A stretch of DNA of 64,000 nucleotides from a virus. The stretch's first letter is position 1. Each line of letters opens with the position of its first letter. The notes below the pieces were generated by a model. That model was not told the origin of the DNA, ran no database searches, and saw nothing but the letters and a program-made list of their open reading frames with translations. This document shows positions 59,756 to 64,000 of the stretch, piece by piece. Position numbers and translations under genes: made by a program. The stretch is taken from positions 50,923 to 114,922 of IMG/VR virus record IMGVR_UViG_3300027797_000001. One strand, 5' to 3'.

Positions 59756-60463
59756 CTACCAATTAATATTATATCCTGTTGTTTCTGAAACTAAATGATG
59801 CACTTTTAAGAATGCATTATCTGAATTCCATTCTCTCTGCTTATTATAAGCTGCACTTGCCGGGTGGCTTGCAAATACTTTGTGATTATTATCTCCAACA
59901 TATTCTGCCCACTCTTGTGCTTTTTTACCAAGGTAAAGATATGTAAGTTCTTTTTTATTATGATTAAGATAGTCAAATAAATTTGCTGTAAATTCTTGCC
60001 ATAAATCATAATGTTTACCTATCTTACCTACTTCAGTTGTAAGAGATGTATTAAGCATAAGTATACCCTGTCGGGACCATTTTGATAAGTCTAATGATCT
60101 ATCATACCCATTTGGATATAATTTCTCAACTTCATTTAACATATATCTAAGAGAAGGTTGTTCTTTTTCAGATTTACTACAGCTAAATGATATACCATCA
60201 GCTACACCTAATGTAGGATATGGATCTTGTCCAACTATAACTAGTCTTAAATCATTATATGGACATTCTTCAAATGCTCTAAATAAATCTTTTAAAGGTG
60301 GAGTAAATCTTTTATCTTCACTACTCATTTTATAAAGCTTAGTTAAAACTTCTGTAAACTCAGAACTAAACAGGTAAGATTTAAAAAACTTATCCCAACC
60401 ACTAGGCTGAAGTTTTTCAAACATTTTTTGTTTAATGCTATCAATTTCTAGTTCTATTTTCAT
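59756..60463 (-). CDS. ung: Uracil-DNA glycosylase (family 1)
   Basis: VIVGQDPY, ADGISFS, PSLR, QGILMLNTSLT, HPAS. Confidence 0.93.
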   Translation of the reverse strand: MKIELEIDSIKQKMFEKLQPSGWDKFFKSYLFSSEFTEVLTKLYKMSSEDKRFTPPLKDLFRAFEECPYNDLRLVIVGQDPYPTLGVADGISFSCSKSEKEQPSLRYMLNEVEKLYPNGYDRSLDLSKWSRQGILMLNTSLTTEVGKIGKHYDLWQEFTANLFDYLNHNKKELTYLYLGKKAQEWAEYVGDNNHKVFASHPASAAYNKQREWNSDNAFLKVHHLVSETTGYNINW

Positions 60464-60470
60464 TTTTTCT

Positions 60471-60478
60471 TATTTTTG
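60471..60478 (+). promoter_or_regulatory. Bacteroidota-type -7 promoter element (TAnnTTTG)
   Basis: TATTTTTG, 14 nt upstream of the ATG at 60493. Confidence 0.45.
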
Positions 60479-60492
60479 TTAAAATTATTACT

Positions 60493-60786
60493 ATGAATGC
60501 AAAAATCAAAGAAATAAAAGATGATGCTTTAATGAGCATTTCAGTAAATAAATCATTTTATTTAATGAGTAAAGCAGTATCTTTTTATTTATTTAATAGA
60601 GTTGATGTTGAAGATAAAGATCAGTATCTTAAAGACTTAATGACTAAGGAATATCAAGATCTAGATGATCTTCAACGCAGTATTTATACAGTTATTTTAC
60701 TTTTAGCTGAAATTGAAAGACAAGCAACTGAAACTAATCAATTTGAGGAAAAAGAAATAACTGAAGATAGTATTAAGCAAGATTAA
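60493..60786 (+). CDS. Hypothetical protein
   Basis: 97 aa ORF filling the gap between two minus-strand genes. Confidence 0.75.
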   Translation: MNAKIKEIKDDALMSISVNKSFYLMSKAVSFYLFNRVDVEDKDQYLKDLMTKEYQDLDDLQRSIYTVILLLAEIERQATETNQFEEKEITEDSIKQD

Positions 60787-61147
60787 TATTTAAATCCTTA
60801 CCAATTTCAATAGCAGATTCTATTGCCATTGCTAACTCTTCTTTGCTACATTCTTTAAAAGACTTACAGTATTCTGCACCACCTCCGTCATAACAGAGAC
60901 CAGAATGCTTTTTAACTAGAACTTTCATCTCATCAAATGTATAGCCAGATTCTTTGGCTAATTCTCTAATACAGGCGTGTATCTTAGCTAATTGTGCTAA
61001 GCTACCATTGTCTGAAGTTAGTCCCATAAAGACCTCAACTTCCTGACCATCTTGAAGTTTATCAAGAAATAATTGATAAGAAATCTTTGTGCTTTCATTA
61101 ATATGCACTAAATTTCCATTCTTCTTTGTAAGTTTGAAACTAAACAT
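60773..61147 (-). CDS. NinB/YbcN-like protein
   Basis: S.AQLAKIHACIRELA...GY..DEMK...KSF..CSKEEL..AIE pattern. Confidence 0.6.
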   Translation of the reverse strand: MFSFKLTKKNGNLVHINESTKISYQLFLDKLQDGQEVEVFMGLTSDNGSLAQLAKIHACIRELAKESGYTFDEMKVLVKKHSGLCYDGGGAEYCKSFKECSKEELAMAIESAIEIGKDLNINLA

Positions 61148-61178
61148 ACGGTATTTTTTATTATATTATTATAAGCTT

Positions 61179-62204
61179 ATGAATAAAAATCCAAAAAAAG
61201 TAACCAAGGAAACTACTAAGATTATTTTAGAATATCTCAAAAAATTCCCTAATTCACCAAGTAAAACTCTAGCAAAAAAAATCTATTCTGAAAATGGGGG
61301 ATATTTTGAAAAATTTGAAAATGTGTATACTAGAGTTAGATATTACAGAGGTCAAATAGGAAAATATCATAGAGAAAGATTGAATAATAAAGAGTTTCAA
61401 AAAGAACTTAAAACAAAAGTAATGCAAAATTTTGTATCCTTACCAACATCCTTATCAGAAAAGAGAGGAACATTCACATTTCCTACAGGATGTAGAAAAC
61501 TTGGTGTTATTGGTGACCTCCATATACCATATCATGATGAAGATGCTATAGAAACTGCTTGTGATAAAATGGAAGCAGAAGGCGTAGACAGCATCTTAAT
61601 CAATGGAGACTTACTTGACTTTTATCAGCTTTCTTTTCATGAAAAAGATCCAAGAAAGATTCATTTTAAAAATGAAATAGAAGCAGGTAAACAGTTCTTT
61701 GAGTACATGCGCTCTAGATTTCCTGGGATTCCTATTTATTTTATACCTGGTAACCATGAAAACAGGTTTGAAAGATATCTTAGAATAAAAGCATCTGAGT
61801 TACTTGACATGGATGAATTTAGGTTAGATGTAATCTTACATGTTGCTGAATACAAAATAGAGTATCTTCCATTTAGAACCAAAGTTATTTTTGGTGACTT
61901 CCTTATAGAGCACGGCGACAAGATTCCTGGAGCAGGTGGTGTAGTACCAGCAAGAACTGCTCTAATGAGACTTAAAACCAATTGTATTGTAAATCACTTT
62001 CATAAAAGTTCTCAAAGCTCACAAAGAGTTTATGGAACCGGTGAGTCTAGTACAATAAGAGCATATAGCCTTGGATGTCTGTGTGAATTAGCACCAGATT
62101 ACATGGAAATAAATGAATGGAATCATGGCTTTGCTATTCTAACAAAAATTGATAATTTAGTGTCCGTAAATAATTACAAAATAGAAGGCAACACAATTAT
62201 CTAA
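61179..62204 (+). CDS. Calcineurin-like metallophosphoesterase with N-terminal helical (possible HTH) extension
   Basis: GDLHIPYHD, NGDLLD, GNHE, HGD, HFH. Probable start ATG 61179, since the longer start overlaps the divergent gene. Confidence 0.88.
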   Translation: MNKNPKKVTKETTKIILEYLKKFPNSPSKTLAKKIYSENGGYFEKFENVYTRVRYYRGQIGKYHRERLNNKEFQKELKTKVMQNFVSLPTSLSEKRGTFTFPTGCRKLGVIGDLHIPYHDEDAIETACDKMEAEGVDSILINGDLLDFYQLSFHEKDPRKIHFKNEIEAGKQFFEYMRSRFPGIPIYFIPGNHENRFERYLRIKASELLDMDEFRLDVILHVAEYKIEYLPFRTKVIFGDFLIEHGDKIPGAGGVVPARTALMRLKTNCIVNHFHKSSQSSQRVYGTGESSTIRAYSLGCLCELAPDYMEINEWNHGFAILTKIDNLVSVNNYKIEGNTII

Positions 62205-62515
62205 TGTTTCTACCAATAGTACTAAAAGACAAAGATGGAGAGTATATTGAGCATCTTAATATAACTCATATTACCAGAACTTCATTTGTTAATGTGAGAA
62301 ACACAGATGCAGGTACTAGAATCCATTTAAGAACAGGAGAAGTTTTAACAACTCCTGTCCCTATGGATATAATTCAAACTGAAATAGATGATTGTTATAG
62401 ATCTGCTGCTGCCATGATAATGTTTAATATCCTAGCAGAGAAAGCACAGCTCTCTAAAATTACTGATGATGTTGATATCCTTGGTGGACAGCAACCTGAA
62501 CCAGATGCTCTATAG
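62204..62515 (+). CDS. Hypothetical protein
   Basis: 103 aa, TAATG-coupled to the phosphoesterase. Confidence 0.7.
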   Translation: MFLPIVLKDKDGEYIEHLNITHITRTSFVNVRNTDAGTRIHLRTGEVLTTPVPMDIIQTEIDDCYRSAAAMIMFNILAEKAQLSKITDDVDILGGQQPEPDAL

Positions 62516-62723
62516 CATATCTGTTTAGTTCAGCTTTAGTATCCCAATCAAAGTTATATACTTTCCATTCACCATCCAGGCTTTCATCATTTGCTGATGA
62601 AATTAAACTTAGACCTGGTAGTAAATCTAATATGTAATAATAATAGTCATAGCCATTCTGGCTTTCATCATCTGAGACTTCTACTTTATCAAAGCCAAAT
62701 TCAATTAATTCTTGTTCCGTCAT
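62460..62723 (-). CDS. Hypothetical protein
   Basis: 87 aa ORF (MTEQELIEFGF...). Confidence 0.65.
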   Translation of the reverse strand: MTEQELIEFGFDKVEVSDDESQNGYDYYYYILDLLPGLSLISSANDESLDGEWKVYNFDWDTKAELNRYAIEHLVQVAVHQGYQHHQ

Positions 62724-62826
62724 CTTTATATTTGTTTCTTAAATATTCTGCCCAATCATTTTGTTTTCTACCATTTATAAAAAACCATCCAAGATTTAAT
62801 TCAAACCATTTTATAAAAGTTTTCAT
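62701..62826 (-). CDS. Small Trp/Phe-rich hypothetical protein (41 aa, not in the ORF track)
   Basis: MKTFIKWFELNLGWFFINGRKQNDWAEYLRNKYKDDGTRIN*; ATGA overlap with the upstream gene. Confidence 0.65.
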   Translation of the reverse strand: MKTFIKWFELNLGWFFINGRKQNDWAEYLRNKYKDDGTRIN

Positions 62827-63230
62827 TTTTCTACCATTGTTTGCATGAACACTGTATGATTCAGGATTTCAAAAGCATATGTATATTTTAAATCTTTATA
62901 TACTTCATTCTCTTTAGAATATATCCCGTGTTCTTTGATTCTTAAATCTCTTAGATTCTGTATGCTTAATGTTACTATAGCAAGATTGTCTCCATCTTCT
63001 GATTTCATCATGCTTATGATGTTTCTTATTTCAGCATCATTTAGATAATTGTACTTCTTAAGTAACATTAGCTCAGCCATATATACAAAGGGCCGGAATT
63101 CATCCTTCTTAGACCCTTTATGGTACATATACCATAGATAGTTTAGATTACCATCTGCACCATCAGTAATATTATAATGTTCTTCGGCAATTGCTGCCAC
63201 AAGTTTTAGCATTTCTTTTGTATCTGTCAT
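62823..63230 (-). CDS. Hypothetical protein
   Basis: ORF open to 63332; MTDTKE at 63230 is the more likely start (A-rich leader). Confidence 0.6.
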   Translation of the reverse strand: MTDTKEMLKLVAAIAEEHYNITDGADGNLNYLWYMYHKGSKKDEFRPFVYMAELMLLKKYNYLNDAEIRNIISMMKSEDGDNLAIVTLSIQNLRDLRIKEHGIYSKENEVYKDLKYTYAFEILNHTVFMQTMVEK

Positions 63231-63350
63231 AAGTTTTATTTTAGAAAATATACCGTATGGTGTTCCACTGTATAATATCACCATGAAGTTTTCTAAATTC
63301 TTCAATATATCTGGGTTTATCTGATGATACATGCCTACTAGTAATTTTCT

Positions 63351-63569
63351 CTACCAACGTTTCTGAAAGTTAATAAAAGCTGATGCATTCTTATTAGAAT
63401 CAAATATCTTGGGCATACCATATTTATCTAATACATATTCCCATTTAGTAAAGAACCATAAGAATTTAACTTTCTTTTGTACAGAGAATTTTGTCCCTGA
63501 ATATGGTGTAAGTTTTACCATTAATACTCTATAACCCTGCTTGTCCTCTCCTTTCCTTAAAATAATCAT
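63351..63569 (-). CDS. Small basic hypothetical protein
   Basis: 72 aa ORF. Confidence 0.65.
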   Translation of the reverse strand: MIILRKGEDKQGYRVLMVKLTPYSGTKFSVQKKVKFLWFFTKWEYVLDKYGMPKIFDSNKNASAFINFQKRW

Positions 63570-63587
63570 ATGTGTTGGTTTATTTAG

Positions 63588-63809
63588 TTACTTATCTAAT
63601 TTAATCTGATTCTCATCTAGTATCTCATAGAACTTGTTCCGGATTCTTTCTACCATATCCCATTCTTCTTGCTTAAGTTCTTCATACTTCCATAGTGTTC
63701 TCAGCTCTTGAGATATATCCCATAATGCTGAGTGCATATTACTACCTTGTATAGCAAAATCAAATTCTGCTTGATCTTCCGGTAAATTAAAGGTTATTTT
63801 TGCTTTCAT
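63588..63809 (-). CDS. Small hypothetical phage protein
   Basis: 73 aa, MKAKITFNLPEDQAEF... Confidence 0.75.
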   Translation of the reverse strand: MKAKITFNLPEDQAEFDFAIQGSNMHSALWDISQELRTLWKYEELKQEEWDMVERIRNKFYEILDENQIKLDK

Positions 63810-63839
63810 AGTTCTTGTTGTTTAAAGGTTTCTCAATTA

Positions 63840-63876
63840 ATTATGTCACAAATATCTCCTATATTTGTGACATAAT
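63840..63876. repeat. Perfect 16-bp inverted repeat with 5-nt loop
   Basis: ATTATGTCACAAATAT-CTCCT-ATATTTGTGACATAAT in an intergenic region. Confidence 0.9.
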
Positions 63877-63937
63877 AAAAAGTTTATAGACTTAAAATTT
63901 GTAAAGTTTTTTAAGTTTATAAGCCTATAACCTGATA

Positions 63938-64000
63938 TTATTCAGGTAATTCTTCTCCATCTTTACCAGTAACTATACCCATTAGCTGTTGCATAATGGC
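63938..64000 (-). CDS. 3' end of a gene truncated by the window
   Basis: Minus strand ...AIMQQLMGIVTGKDGEELPE*. Confidence 0.5.
   Translation of the reverse strand, partial: AIMQQLMGIVTGKDGEELPE

Noticed and set aside
45587-62848. Short ORFs overlapping the replication genes (e.g. 45587-45826, 50197-50460, 53815-54033, 59806-60009, 61736-61981, 62591-62848)
   Set aside because: They overlap better-supported genes and show no independent support.
63241-63357. Possible 38-codon TTG-start ORF on the minus strand (VEKITSRH...TIRYIF)
   Set aside because: Short, non-ATG start, and it competes with the 5' extension of the 62823 ORF; cannot be resolved from sequence alone.
1-64000. Genome-wide stop-codon reassignment (TAG or TGA), as in some crAss-like phages
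   Set aside because: Genes up to 10.5 kb are open in the standard code and coding density is already near complete; TAG and TGA occur as normal stops.
1-64000. tRNA or rRNA genes
   Set aside because: Intergenic gaps are short and I recognised no cloverleaf or rRNA-like sequence.

Overview
A 64 kb AT-rich segment of a large tailed-phage genome, most consistent with a crAss-like (Crassvirales-related) phage of a Bacteroidota host. The main evidence is a giant virion RNA polymerase with a DFDID catalytic motif, TAnnTTTG promoter elements and A-rich leaders without an obvious Shine-Dalgarno site. Positions 1-43770 (+ strand) carry eight large virion/cargo genes. The first four are low-complexity proteins punctuated by about 30 [FYM]xxGG-like motifs and carrying matching N- and C-terminal motifs. 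These are followed by a 1080 aa protein and three giant ejection-type proteins (2571 aa; 3508 aa RNAP; about 2377 aa) with accessory domains (PD-(D/E)XK, zincin, SLOG-like, ART-like, LysM). Positions 43783-64000 are a mostly minus-strand replication/early block: DUF932-like protein, family B DNA polymerase, PD-(D/E)XK nuclease, MoxR ATPase with vWA partner, GIY-YIG protein, primase, SSB, Sak4-like ATPase, DnaB, UNG and a NinB-like protein, plus a plus-strand metallophosphoesterase. The most interesting signal is an apparent sorting/processing grammar in the virion proteins: GG-delimited exchangeable modules, a C-terminal motif of gene n always followed by a cognate N-terminal motif in gene n+1, and terminal Cys pairs linking the three giant proteins. 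A 14-bp motif also recurs at three consecutive small-gene junctions. All assignments come from motif recognition by eye; no database searches were run.
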